Shown here piece by piece: positions 49,504 through 64,000 of a DNA stretch of 64,000 nt; the first letter of the stretch is position 1, and each line of letters opens with the position of its first letter. The notes under the pieces were generated by a model. It saw nothing but the letters and a program-made list of their open reading frames with translations, was not told the DNA's origin and made no database searches. Source of the DNA: the human T2T-CHM13v2.0 reference genome, Homo sapiens; NCBI RefSeq assembly GCF_009914755.1, contig NC_060927.1, one strand, 5' to 3'. Position numbers and translations under genes: made by a program.

Positions 49504-50167
49504 CTAAAAGTGAAAAGACCAACAGTCCCATTGTTCTTGTGGTGGTAACTGAAAAGTACTTAACAGATGGCAAATGTTGATAAGGCCTCTTCTTCGTCAC
49601 ATTTACTTAAAAGAAAAGCCAATCTCTGAAAAGCAAGGTTCCAAAAGAGCCTTTGCGCAGTCAGAAGTTATCATGTCTTAAAATAATAATAATAATAATA
49701 AATTGTATCTAGGATTGTTAAGTAATTATTTTTCTTTTTTTTTTTTTTTTCAGTTGAGACAGGGTCTCATTCTGTTGCCCAGGCTGGAGTGCAGTGGCGC
49801 CATCTTGGCTCACTGCAACCCCTGCCTCTTGGGCTCAAGTGATCCTCCCACCTCAGCCTCCTGATAGCTGGGACCACAGGCGTGCGCCACCACACCTGGC
49901 TAATTTTTGTATTTTTCATGGAGATGGGTTTTTGCTCTGTTGCCTAGGCTGGTCTCTGACTCCTAGACTCAAGCGATCTGCCTGCCTCGGCCTCCCAAAA
50001 TGCTAGGATTACAGGTGTGAGCCACTGTGTCTGGCCAAGTGATTATTTTTTCATATGCCACTAAAATGATATTGTCTGCCAAAAGCAACTGGGTAAAAAC
50101 TGTTACTCAGTTATAACTTTTGTACTTCCACACAAGTTTGACAGAAGATCTTACAGCTTTGAGCTGA

Positions 50168-50494
<327 letters not shown>

Positions 50495-51551
50495 TAAGTG
50501 CTGGGATTACAGGCATGAGCCACCAATGCCTGGCCAAAAGTTTCAGATATTTCTTTATTCTTTTCTCTATTTCTCAAATGGTGGTGGTAGCACTCACTAC
50601 TTTGATTTAAAAAAAAAAAACCCTTATTTTAAAAAATATAGGCTCTTTAGTGTTATAGAAGAAGCTTTTTGGCCTTTGATGTCAACCTAATATTAAATGT
50701 AAATCCTGTAAAAGTAATTTGAGTTTTATTAACATAAAACAATAAATAGCAGAACACTTTGGTATACTTTCTTAGTTTCTTTTTTCCTTTCTTGGTTTTC
50801 AAAAATGAATGATTATTCACTGTTACTTTCAAGACAAAATAATTTCACAAAATATACTAAAGCCATGACTCATCCTTCAAATTACTTTAACTGTTTATTG
50901 AGAACCTGTTCCATGTTAGACGAAGTGGTAGCATTCAAAGAAATGAGAGGATTCCTGCCTTCAAGAAGCTTAAAACAAATGGGAGGTATCTGAGCAACTG
51001 TGTTATGTCTACTTTATCCTTTTACCTTTCCATATTTTTAATATATAGTGAAATCCATGCTTTTTCCTTACTCTTAAAGACCTCAGCATTAGTGGCTGTG
51101 ACTTCTCAGTTAACTGTTACCAGGTGTACCTGGACAGCCGGAATTAATCAGCGCTTGAGTCAATTTTCTGAGTTGCCTGCAAATATCCAGGAAACCAGAA
51201 AGAAGATGCGCTATAGTCATAAATATGTGTTCATTTCCTAATTTAACTCAGGAACTGAACAACTGGCATATCACATGAAGATTAATGAACTCAAATGCCA
51301 TGGCAGTTCCTTATGCAGCTAAGATTAGTTTCAAATACTGCTTCTTTTGCTGGTGTTTGAAAAACAGAGACAAAACAATGGAAACAATCAGTGTTCTCAT
51401 TCCATGTTCTATGTATATACATTTATAATAGTAACTCTGGGTCTGCTTTCATTTATTAAAAATAATGTTTTGTCTTTCTATCTACCTGAATATCATGAGA
51501 ATCTTATCTCTCTGCTTTGGTTCTTTTTTTTTTTTTTTTTTTGGAGACTGA

Positions 51552-51864
<313 letters not shown>

Positions 51865-51867
51865 TGA

Positions 51868-52050
<183 letters not shown>

Positions 52051-55000
52051 TAGCCAAGATGGTCTCGATCTCCTGACCTCTTGATCTGCCCGCCTTGGCC
52101 TCCCAAGGTGCTGGGATTACAGGCGTGAGCCACCGCGCCCAGCTTTGCATTGGTTCTTGAGAGAGATTTATTTTGCAGAATTTCAGGGAGGCATAAAGTT
52201 ACATACAGTAGGCTGCCAATAGCCAGTCAACAGTCACAGTAGTTGCCCATTTAAATTAAATTTATTGTTGCATCTCTCACTGGGTTCAAACTGAAGGAAG
52301 GGACTGGTAAAGGGAGATGATGAGAGATACCTGGTAACAGTACAGAGATTAAGCTCACATGTGCTGGACTCATCATCCTCAAAGTGGACTCTGAAAGCCC
52401 TGACTGTCTGGTCCCTTGTGCCATGATACTCACTGGCTCCTGCCATGAACCAAGAATAGCAGTCTTCACGGCTGTTGCATCAAAAGCAGGACTGTTTTTC
52501 CCACTGATTTCAGTGATTTTTTTTTTTTTTAGGAGTTGAGAAATAGTGGTGAGGTGGGGGGAAGGGATGCTCTGCAGGATCATTTTCTGGCCGAAAAATT
52601 CTTAGAATTTAAAACACTAAACAACCAAGTTCTCTGGAATATCTGAATATCCAAACTCCTATTTTAAGAAGTTCTCTTTTGAGAAAAATTTTTATCAACC
52701 CTCAAAGCATTATTATGAAATTCTAATAAAGATGTGGTAATTTAGGCACTGCATTAAAGGCAAGACCTCTTTTTAGATCTAATCATAGGTATGAATGCAA
52801 TCAACTCTCTTGGAACGGAAGCAATTTACTTAGCGCTCTCTGATTTTTCCCTTTTCATTGATGGGAAATTTATTCATGGGATATTTGTCAAGCTATATTG
52901 GTGCTTGTTTTATGTTTTATGTTTATCAAACATTCATAATGCACCCAAGAGTACAGGGCTAAATAATTCTGTTCATGTGGGGTAATGAATGCTATGAGGA
53001 TTCTGTAAAGGGAAAAAAAAAATCCTGTGCGTATACTGTGTAAGTAGGCATTTGGAAGACTTGCTTTGCAGACATTTTCAAATGCAGGTATACCATGTTT
53101 CATGCACAGATCTGCCTGAATAACTAGATGCAGAGTGAACTTTTGAAAACAGCTTCATACTTTATGCACTAGGAAAACTGGTTACTGGCACATCATTTTG
53201 AATTACACACAATCATATTCTCATCTGTTTTTAAATTCAAACTTTAGCTCACTGGGTATTTTTTAAAAAAACAGAACAGTATTCTTTCATGCTCCATATT
53301 AAAAAGAAATCTTTACAGTAACTCAGAACAGGCTCCCATGCTTCAAAAAAGTCATGACTTTGAGTAGCTCATGCTCCCTGTTGTTTTTATTCCTGCAGAC
53401 CACACACTTGCTGGGATGAAATATGGAAAGGAGGCAACTCTATCGCACTCTTCCCAGTAATAAAAACAGACATGATGAAGTGAGATGGGCCTCAACCCCA
53501 GCGACTGCGTCCCCCATCTGTGCTGGACTGGGGGCCTGATCTCTGTGTTGGGCCTGCCAGATACATTGAATACCTCATGAATCAGAAGAGGGTCCTTTAT
53601 TCTTCTTTTCTATCCTACTTGGAGGCACCCAGCCCAGTTCTGCACCAGTGAGGCTGGTGACCAGACAGCTCTCCACAATTACAAAGGCAACAGAAACTCA
53701 AAGTAGTGGGCAGGCTTTCTGCATCAAGGTATAGAATCATAAAGAAGTTGAAGGGCACAGGATTTGGAGTCTACACTGACAGGGTTTGAACATCAACTGC
53801 ATCACTTGCTGGCTGTGGACCTGGGCAAGCTATTTAACCCCTCTAAGCCTCATCTGGAAAATGGTCCTAATAAGAACAGCTATCTCCTAGGCTGTTGTGA
53901 CGGTTAAATGAGATACATAACCTATGAGGCAAATTACATAAAGTTGATTTACTAGATACTCAATGCCAGCAATTATTACCATGATTGTTGTTACTACTAC
54001 TTATTATTAAACCCCTATCTGGGAGGAAATAGGCAGTTTGCTCAGCAGGTTCAAGGTTTCTGATTTTCAAATTACCTATGCATATCCTCCTTCTATTATT
54101 GTCCCAGATTAAATCAGAAAATGAGCCCTTTGAATGGTCTGCTAGCCTCTATCCCCACTGCCACCTCCTTGATCAGGTTTTCACACCTGGACAGCATCCT
54201 CCCAACTTGCATCCCTATCACCAGTCTCTTCCTCCTCAGTCCCTTGTTCTACCAAGAGTATGTGTCCAAGGTTACAGAGCTTGTAAATGATGGAGCTGGG
54301 ATTTGAATCCTGAATCCCAGCTACTTAGAAACCAACCAACAAACAAAAAAAAAACTTCAATTAATTGCATGACAAAGGAAAAAATCTCTTAAATTGATAT
54401 TTAAAAACCTCTATAACCAGATCTGAACCCACATCCTCTGTCTTCTCTCCTGCTGCTTTCTCAGAGGACCCCTAACCCCAGGCCAACTGATCCATGATAT
54501 TCCCCAGGCACGACCTGTCCTGTCATTTCCTTATACCTTTGCTCAGGCCACCCGCTCCCCGTGGCCTGCCATCTGCCATCTCTACCATGCAGAGTACCTC
54601 AACCAGAACGGTGCTCTCTGGGTGGAATGCTCACAGTTTACAATATTCTCATGATGTGCACCCCATTTTTCCTCGTCTTCTATTGCTGCTAGGGAAAAAT
54701 ATATATTTCCCAGATTACCCAGCCCACACTCAATAAACCTTTTTTTTTTTTTTTTGAGACAAGAGTCTCACTCTGTTGCCCAGGCTGGAGTTGCAGTGGC
54801 GTGATCTCAGCTCACTGCAACCTCCACCTCCCAGGCTCAAGCGATTCTTGTGCCTCACCTTCCTGAGTAGCTGGGATTATAGGCATATGCCACCTCGCCC
54901 AGCTAATTTTTTTTTTTTGTATTTTTAGTAGAGACAGGGTTTTGCTTTTTTGGCCAGGCTGGTCTTGAACTCCTGGCTTCAAGTGATCTGCCCACCTCGG

Positions 55001-55545
55001 CCTCCCAAAGTGCTGGGATTACAGGCATGAGCCATCGTGCCTGGCCCACACTCAACAAACATTTGCTGAGTGAGGATCCCACTAGTGAGCAGGAGGTTTG
55101 ACAAGGCAAGCCACTGTAATCGGGGGCTAAATGGAGCTAGATTTTAAATGGATGTCCACTTCACAAATGAGTTTTGGGGCTAGGCTAAAAGGCAACTTAC
55201 TATTTTCTAACTAAACAAAATTTAAAATATACACAAAGATCTTGTCCCTCACAGACAGCAACTGTAACACCAGATTAGAGTCACCTGTATAAAATTAAGA
55301 ATTTTACTAAGGGACCTTACAGCATGTTTCATGTAAGCACTGCATTTTACAGTTTAGGAAACTGAGGCAGAAAGATGAGAAGTGACTTGCAAAATCAAAA
55401 CATGGTTGATGGCAGTGCCAGGCCTGGAACCCAAGATTCCTGAGTACTAAGTACCCAGGGACTCTTCCATTCACCCACTGACCCAATCCACCAGCCATTA
55501 TGGTGGAAATAACAAGAAGAGAGAGAAGGAAACAGACAAACTTAC

Positions 55546-55803
55546 AGCTTCTTCCAAGTGCTGCTGATCTGGATTATCATTTGGTGTGTGCCTCAAGATT
55601 TCTCGGAGAAGCAGAGGGTATTTTACCAGGCGGCTTCTTGGAATATCGAGGAAATTCCAGAGATCTAGTTTGCGGCTAAAGGGGGATTCTAAACATCGCT
55701 GTAGGAAATCCTGGACTCGGTGATCTTGCTTTTTGTGGTCCAGCAGAGCTTTGGCGGCTACTTGATTGCTGCAGTAGCTATCATAGGAGCTGAGGCAAGG
55801 GAG
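55546..55803 (-). CDS. ARHGEF3: ARHGEF3 coding exon (DH core), LPCLSSYDSYCSNQ...LDLWNFLDIPRSRLVKYPLLLREILRHTP...QHLEEA
   Basis: 258 bp (86 codons), ttcttag| and |gtaagt; contains DH CR3-type motif PRSRLVKYPLLL. Confidence 0.97.
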
Positions 55804-55952
55804 CTAAGAAGGAAACAGAAAGAGAAGGTTGGAATGTCAAAATAATTGAGCTCTGAGGCTACGGTGGCATCATTTATTGGGACTGAACAAACACCTAACT
55901 GGTCTCTGGGTCTGGCTGACATTCCTTTATCTGCATGGCTGGAGGAAACTAG

Positions 55953-56192
<240 letters not shown>

Positions 56193-56869
56193 TAGTAGAG
56201 ATGGGGTTTCAACGTGTTAGCCAGCATAGTCTCCATCTCCTGACCTCGTGATCCGCCCGCCTCGGCCTCCCAAAGTGCTGAGATTACAGGCGTGAGCCTG
56301 TACAATACTATGTAATGAACAATTTAAGCTTAAAGACTTTGGAACATTTAACCTTCACTGCCTTCATTCTAGCAAAATGCTAATTTCTCTGACACATCCC
56401 ATCAGTCACACTGTGCAAATACCATGTCAGAGATTCAACGGAAAAGGCTTCTCATCCACTTTTTCTGCCTTGGTGTTCTAATCTAAGAGCTATCAGCCTC
56501 CAGAAAGTTACCAGAAGCAATCAAATGCAGCCAATGGCCTAACTGCTTTTGTTTCTTTCTCTTGTACTAGGAAGCCCTAGTCCCTTGTAACACCTGCTCT
56601 TCAGAGGGATTCAGTGCAAGACACTGGCAAAGGAGTGTCTTTCATTTCTGTATCCTCACTACTTTGCATTGGGCCTACTATATGGCAGACACTCTGTGTT
56701 CTGAATGAACAAATAAATGCATGTTTAATGGATTACAAGATTAGGTAATATTTGATGGTTTGTGAACCTTGCTTAAAAATAAAGTATGGCGGCCAGGCGC
56801 AGTGGCTCGTGCCTGTAATCCCAGCACATTGGGAAGCCGGGGCAGGCGGATCACGAGGTCAGGAGTTTA

Positions 56870-57127
<258 letters not shown>

Positions 57128-57386
57128 TTAAATACTCTGCTGCAGCTTTTACACCTCTTATTGAAATTATTTCCTCAGTGACTGAAACCATAAAAAGGAT
57201 ACCAGGAAAGTAATATTTTACAAGCTTACTATTGAGCTTAACATTCCTTTGAAATGTCTACCTTCCTTACATGTTATTAAAAATCTCTACTTGTGTTAAA
57301 GAGTTGCAGACATTTTTTCCCTCAACCTTATATTTGTGTAAGTACTAGCTATTATTATTTGAAAGTAATGATAATTGGTACTTATA

Positions 57387-57394
57387 CATGCGCG

Positions 57395-57436
<42 letters not shown>
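57387..57436. repeat. Compound (CA)n(GA)n microsatellite
   Basis: Direct inspection. Confidence 0.9.
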
Positions 57437-57438
<2 letters not shown>

Positions 57439-57930
57439 CCAAACGTGGTACTGTGGCTTGTAATTTAGACTTTCAGAGTTAATTAAAAAGGGCCTCAGGC
57501 CCTCTTCATTTAATTTCCACTTCCTCACCTTTTAAAAAGATCTGGAAATGCCCAATGTTTTCATTAGGAAGAAACAAATCAGCAGTAACCATTGGATGTA
57601 AACTAGTGAGGAACCTCGACCACACTGCTGCTCACTGTCCAATGGGCCACTGCTCCCTGTGATCCTGCTGCCCTGCTACCATGGCAACCAAATGGGGCTC
57701 TGGTCCTGTGCTCTCACCTGACAGGGTGCTCATTTCCTGGGCATGACCTGAAAGGCTATCTGGTTCAGTCACCGGCTAGGAGAGGCCCCAAGTGATCTTT
57801 AACTACACAGGGTGAATAATGTACAAGATCTGGTTCTCAAATACAGACACTCCCTTATTCAGAATGAGAGGTGAAAATGCAGTTAAAGAGACTAGGCCGG
57901 GTGCGGTGGTTCACGCCTGTAATCATATTA

Positions 57931-58176
<246 letters not shown>

Positions 58177-58504
58177 TCAGTAATAGGGAGAATCAGGTTC
58201 AAAGCCTAACTCACACAGCTGTCAGTGACTCTTCCAAGCCTCAGTGTCTCCACCTACAAAATGTATATACTAATGTCCCCCTCTCCCTTAATGAGGTAAA
58301 GCATACAAAATGTGTAGCATGGAGCTTGGCTTCTGATATAGAATCAGTAAGTACTAGCTATTATTACTTGTCCCAAGAAGTTCTTTGTTTTCGAGATAGG
58401 GTCTCCCTTTGTTGCTCAGGTGGAGAGCAGTGGCATGATCATGGCTTACTGCAGCCTCTTCTTCCCAGGCTCAAACAATTCTCCCTCCTCAGCCTCTCAA
58501 ATAG

Positions 58505-58684
<180 letters not shown>

Positions 58685-60823
58685 TGAAGAAACTGTCGTT
58701 TAGAGAACCAAAGCTACTTGCTCAGCTGGAGACAAAACGAGAGTCTGAAGCTTGTTCTTGCTTCCCCTTTACCCTCAGAGTTCTGAACTATTCACCATCT
58801 CTTTATTAAATAGACTATCAAGAATTTATAAGGGAAACTCACTTTTTAAAGAAGTTCTTTTATCCCCCTAATATTGTGAAAAAATCTATTTTTTTTTTTT
58901 TTTGCTTCCATGTACTCTGGCTCTTTCCTGGGAATTAAAATTTAGTGAGACAACAAATTAACATGAGAACTTTCTGCCTTGGAGAGCTTATAAAGTATTT
59001 CATCATTGAAAAAACGTTGGCATAGAGATAAGTCACTTGGGAAGTTGTTTCTTTATGCTAGGGAAGGCTTACTCAAACAGGCTGACCCATTAGGGAGCGG
59101 GGACACTGATTCTCAGTAACCAGGGTAGTTCCCTGAAAAAAAGCAACCACTCTGTTTAAGGTCTTCAAAGTAAAAGTAATTGATTCATTCTAAGGTCAAA
59201 AGGACTGGCCAGGGCTGTCCCACTTGGAAGGCTCACTTGTTTAAAAGGGTTCCCCCCCACCCCCCTTTTTTCCTTTGCGGAGAAAATAAATCAATTTTTC
59301 ATGGGTCGAATGGGACTCTTCTCATCCAAAGTCCACTAAGATGTTTATTTTGTTCTGTTAAAAATACAAGAACTCAAACATATGTACCCCTAGGTTTACT
59401 GTTCCCACTCAGACGGACACATCTGCAGTTAAAAGAGGAAAAACATTTAACAGCTTGTCAGGCCTGATAAATAAGGGCCATTTCTCACGAAGTCTGGCAA
59501 CAACGGGCCAGTTGTTTAATTTTAGGCTGCTCTTCAAGATCCAAGTCCTCATTTGATGTCTGAAGCATCCAGATAGCAATGGGCCAGCATGGTCACACTT
59601 CCTTTGGGTATGTACAGAAAATGACTGCAAAGCTGCTCCCAGATCAAACCAATTTTCTAATAAACGTGACAAATGTTTATTTCAGCAAAAAGTTACTAAC
59701 AAGGCAAATTCCTACAATTTTGCTTCTGGCATAAACTGACAATTTGCATATGATGCTTAAGGAAACCATGTAGTCCTGTACTGCTGTCTCATCAAAAGCA
59801 GAGGAGTTATCCTACAAATTCTGGAGTGTGGCCTAACTGCTCCATTTACCCCCATATCAAAGCAGTCCACAGACTCAGGAAGTTTAAGAGACACTGAGGC
59901 ACTCTCTACTCATTATACCTTCTTTGTCTCTGTCTGTCTCCGGTTGGCTGGCTCTCTTTGGAGAAATTTCTTTGTGGGCTAAAGAAGTTAAAACATCTAC
60001 GATGGCTCATAATAAAATGAAAGTCAAAAATATAAGATGAATGATCTCTCTTGAAATATTAAGGCATATTTTCTAAATTATTCATCTTAGAACATTACTT
60101 GCCTTTCGGATACCCTTGGGATATTTCAGCCTTGGTGCTAAAATTGACTCCTGAACTAAAGCTATTTAAGTCATGAAACTCTCATCAAGTATCTTGATCA
60201 AGGCAGTCATTGAGAAACGTAAGTTAAAAGATCAATGTTAAAACTTTCTGCACATCTATGTGTTATCAAGGCATGTTAACTGAAAGGTTTTAGGAAGATT
60301 AAAATGCAGATGTAACGGAATAAAGAGAACTCACATAGCAACAGTAGGATTTATAACCTTCACAACACTCTCCAAACAGTGAAATAATCTCTAATATTAG
60401 CTGTTGTGGTACTTCCTGCCTATTTTTCTGGAATACTGTGAGCAACAGAGTGATGAGAGACCTAATCTTGCCTGGAATAAGTCAGCAAAGTAATCTCCTC
60501 TCATTATCTGCTTTATAACAAATGAAAAACACCTGGAACTGGGGTGGACCATTCAAGCACTCACAGAAGGAAACATAAATGTGTAGAATAGGGAGCGGTG
60601 GGGACTGAGGCAAAATAAGAGCACACGCCTTGTCTAGCGTAAGTGAAACAAACAACTTTAAGTACACAATAAAACACAAATCCAGCCCCAGGATCATAAA
60701 TTTATGACTCCTAATCTAAGATCACAGCTTACTTCTTTTTATTTAATTAGGAAAAGGAATGGATTATATTAGGATGAAGGTCACCATATACCCAGCTCTC
60801 CTATAAATTACTTAGCATGGTAT

Positions 60824-60993
60824 ATATGCTAAACATTAGCAACCTTTACTTATTATCTTGTTTATAAAACTACATTTTGACCATGAGATTTTTTTTATGG
60901 CCTAAAAAGTTTTTTTTAATATGCTAAACATTAGCAACCTTTACTTATGATCTTGTTTATAAAACTGCATTTTGACCATGAGAATTTTTTTTT
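60824..60993. repeat. ~95 bp tandem duplication
   Basis: atatgctaaacattagcaacctttactta...cattttgaccatgaga occurs twice. Confidence 0.9.
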
Positions 60994-61392
60994 AATAGCA
61001 TGACAAGTTTTTTTTTTTTTTTTTTGGTAGTGGATATATGTCAATAAATTTTTATTGGAGTATATTATGTTAGCGATTGGCCTGACGGAATATTAACTAG
61101 TTTTATTTTGATACGAAACTAGTAATAGTTTCATGTGTACCTTTACTTATTTTGTTGCAAAAGGCCCTGTTACTTTTAAATGCAATAAATTTGTAATAAG
61201 AAAAAAACTATTTTCATGCTTTAAAGATACAAAACTTAAATTTAATTAAAATTTTACTAGGATTTTTTTTTCTGATGTGAAACCAACATTTGTAAAAAAA
61301 TAAAAATAAAAATAAAAAAAGTCTAGCTAAAATGAAACTCCCATCTATATTATTGAAATTTATCTTCAATAAAGACCAGAGAACTTTCTTAC

Positions 61393-61469
61393 CCAGCCCA
61401 CGAGGATGGGACCAACATGTTCAGTCGAGCCATCAGGCTTCCTAACATCTCGAAGCTGACTAAGGAGCT
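61393..61469 (-). CDS. ARHGEF3: ARHGEF3 coding exon (DH), (E)LLSQLRDVRKPDGSTEHVGPILVGW
   Basis: 77 bp, ttgccag| and |gtaaga; phase 1/0 fits both neighbours. Confidence 0.96.
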
Positions 61470-61636
61470 CTGGCAAAAAACAAACAGATGCTTATTTGTT
61501 AGGCATTCAAATATGAACAGGGCTGGAAGTAGGTTCTGGGTTATTCACATTGCAGGCAATTAATAATCACTCACTCATTATAAGACAACTCAGTTAAGGC
61601 TACAAGTCACGACTCATCCTGGGAACAAAATTATAC

Positions 61637-61733
61637 CTTCATGTAGAGGAATTAGAGAGTCCAGTGTTCCAAAAATTTGATTCAACTCTTGTTCTGTCAT
61701 TATGGAGAGTTTCAGCATGGGGTCATGATAGGC
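61637..61733 (-). CDS. ARHGEF3: ARHGEF3 coding exon (DH), AYHDPMLKLSIMTEQELNQIFGTLDSLIPLHE
   Basis: 97 bp, tgtgcag| and |gtataa; phase 0/1; inside ORF 61614..61943. Confidence 0.97.
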
Positions 61734-62559
61734 CTGCACAAAAACGGCAAGAGATGGAAGCACATGTTTAAAATCAGAGGAAGTACATTGTTCATGTAAG
61801 TGGCTCCTGAGAGGTCCTATCCAATAACAAAACTTCTGGCTCTCTAACAACTTCTCCCATAAAGTTGCAGAAACAGCAGAGAGGTGTGGCTGGAGGAGAG
61901 GAGAAACCAGCACTGCCTTAAGCCTTTGTGGTTGATAAACCAAAGCAGATTTTTCAAAAGCTTTTTTATTCTAGTATGTCATATATCTAGGAAAGAGCAC
62001 AAATCCTAGGTATAGAACAGATTTGACTGTTAAAATGTTTTCAAAATCAAGATCCTGCCTCTTAAAAAAATCCCACTTTATTCAAAACTAGCTACTAGCA
62101 GATTCTTTTTTCAATTAGTACATATTTAAAATAAAGAAAAAGAGGAAAGAAACAGTGATTGGTATCCTTTACTACTGATTTGAACAAAGAGAGCAAAGGT
62201 GATAATCCTATCACCTCTTACTAGAGAAAATTAAACAACAAGAATACACAGTTATACCCAGGGCACTAAAATAGAACACAAAGACTTAAAAGTCTCCTAC
62301 CTTCAAGGAATTTTATAAAGCTAATGGGGAAGATAAGAAAAACTAAAATATTTTCTAGTTTATATTTTAGTTTCTGATCTCATGGAAAACTAAATCTATG
62401 TTTAAAAAATATTTTTTTCTTTTTTTTTTGTACTTTTTAGTAGAGACAGGGTTTCACCATGTTGGCCAGGATGGTCTTGATCTCTTGACCTCGTGATCTG
62501 CCCGCCTCGGCCTCCCAAAGTGCTGGGATTACAGGCGTGAGCCACAGCACCCAGCCTAA

Positions 62560-62706
<147 letters not shown>

Positions 62707-63839
62707 TAAAGATTAAAAACCAGACTGATGTCACAAGACAGCAAAAAGCCATCAAATCAAAACTGCTCTAGAAGGTCAGAGAATTAAAGCTGGAGTGGCC
62801 AAGGGAAGTTTTGAAGATAAGCTGCTTGGTACAGAGAAGGAGGCAATAAATGTTATGTAAGAATAAACTGAGATTTGAGCTGGTTCCTGAAGGATGGGTG
62901 GATATGAATGGTTGAAACGAAAGAGAAAAGTTTCTAGGAAGGTAGGGCCACCATAAGCAAAAGGATGGCTGGGAAACACCTGAAGGTGCTTGAGTTTGGC
63001 AAATCTTGATGCAGGAAAGGGGAGTTAGACACCAGCATGATAACTCTCAGAGTGAAATAACTTCTTTGTCCTCTCTGATCTCCTCCTCCTCCAGCTCTGC
63101 CTAAAACTCAGTTTCTTGGCTGTGTCCAAGCAAAGCTTGGGTGGCCATCTCTCAGGAATGCTAGAGGTGGAATTTCATCTTAGCAGAAAGACTAAAAACC
63201 CTTAAAAGAAGGGATGTAGCCTTCCAACCCTGTGATTCTTCGAGGAGGCTGTGAATATCAGATGAAGGAGTCTGGATTTTAGCCTCCAAGCCATGGAGTT
63301 GGGGGGCTGTGCCACTGGAACGAAAATGTTTTTGAGGAAGGTTTGTTGTCCTCCTCCTCCCCACACAAAATGTTGATTAGAAAACAAATTCCTATATAAA
63401 AGACCCCAACTTATATGATAGTATGCAATTGCCTCATTTCACTTTATTCACTTTTGAGATTCAAATGGCTTTATTTCTAAGACTCAGTTCAAGTTTCAGA
63501 CATGCACACATTCTCTCCTATGGGCAAAGAGTCCTACATATGAGACTTCTAGGACAATGAAATATACATAAGGCGAGGCCTCCATGGACACTTTCTGATT
63601 TAGGCTGAAGTATTCTTTGACATGCATTAGAGACATACAGAGGTAAACCCCTAAAGGTGCCAGGTCTGGAGAGCTATTCTGCCCTCTTGTTTTGAAACAC
63701 TTTCCCCACTGCTTGGTGTGTGGTAGCAGACCAGTCTTAGTCATAAAGACAGTTCTCATGAAGCACCACTTTAGGGTTGTGAAATTACTCAAGAAAAAAA
63801 ATGTGACTTGACTCAAGTGACTGCTGGATTTAAATTTAC

Positions 63840-63902
63840 CTTTTTTGCTAATTTCAAGTCTTCTATCAAGTCTTCTTCTCCTTGGGAAAGCTCAAAGATC
63901 GC
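63840..63902 (-). CDS. ARHGEF3: ARHGEF3 coding exon (start of DH domain), AIFELSQGEEDLIEDLKLAKK
   Basis: 63 bp, cag| acceptor and |gtaaat donor; translation matches ARHGEF3 as recalled; phase 0/0. Confidence 0.96.
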
Positions 63903-64000
63903 CTGCAAGGAAAGATAAACATATTCACTGAATTCTCCCTTCATTTACAAGACCATATTCAAATAGTGCTGGCTCCACCACTCAAAACCCCAAATTTACG

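Overview
Primate (almost certainly human) genomic DNA, very rich in Alu, L1 and LTR elements. The right half (about 37.76-64 kb) is the 3' part of ARHGEF3 on the minus strand: seven GT-AG coding exons covering the DH domain, PH domain and C-terminus, plus a ~1.85 kb 3' UTR with an AATAAA signal. The left half looks intergenic. It holds a solo LTR12C (CTAG target-site duplication), a 5'-truncated HERV9 (pol/env remnant plus 3' LTR12C) and old L1M, MaLR and Alu copies. Its short non-repetitive islands appear to be the decayed exons of a large lost protein-coding gene on the plus strand (about 12 exons, ~1.7-35.9 kb, roughly 1,100 codons). Several junctions are phase-compatible, and reading frames rejoin when the inserted LTR or Alu is removed. 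I could not assign this protein to a family; it is the main candidate for an undescribed unitary pseudogene. From recalled genome context, not from this window, it would lie head-to-head with TASOR. Repeat boundaries and subfamily names are by eye and approximate.
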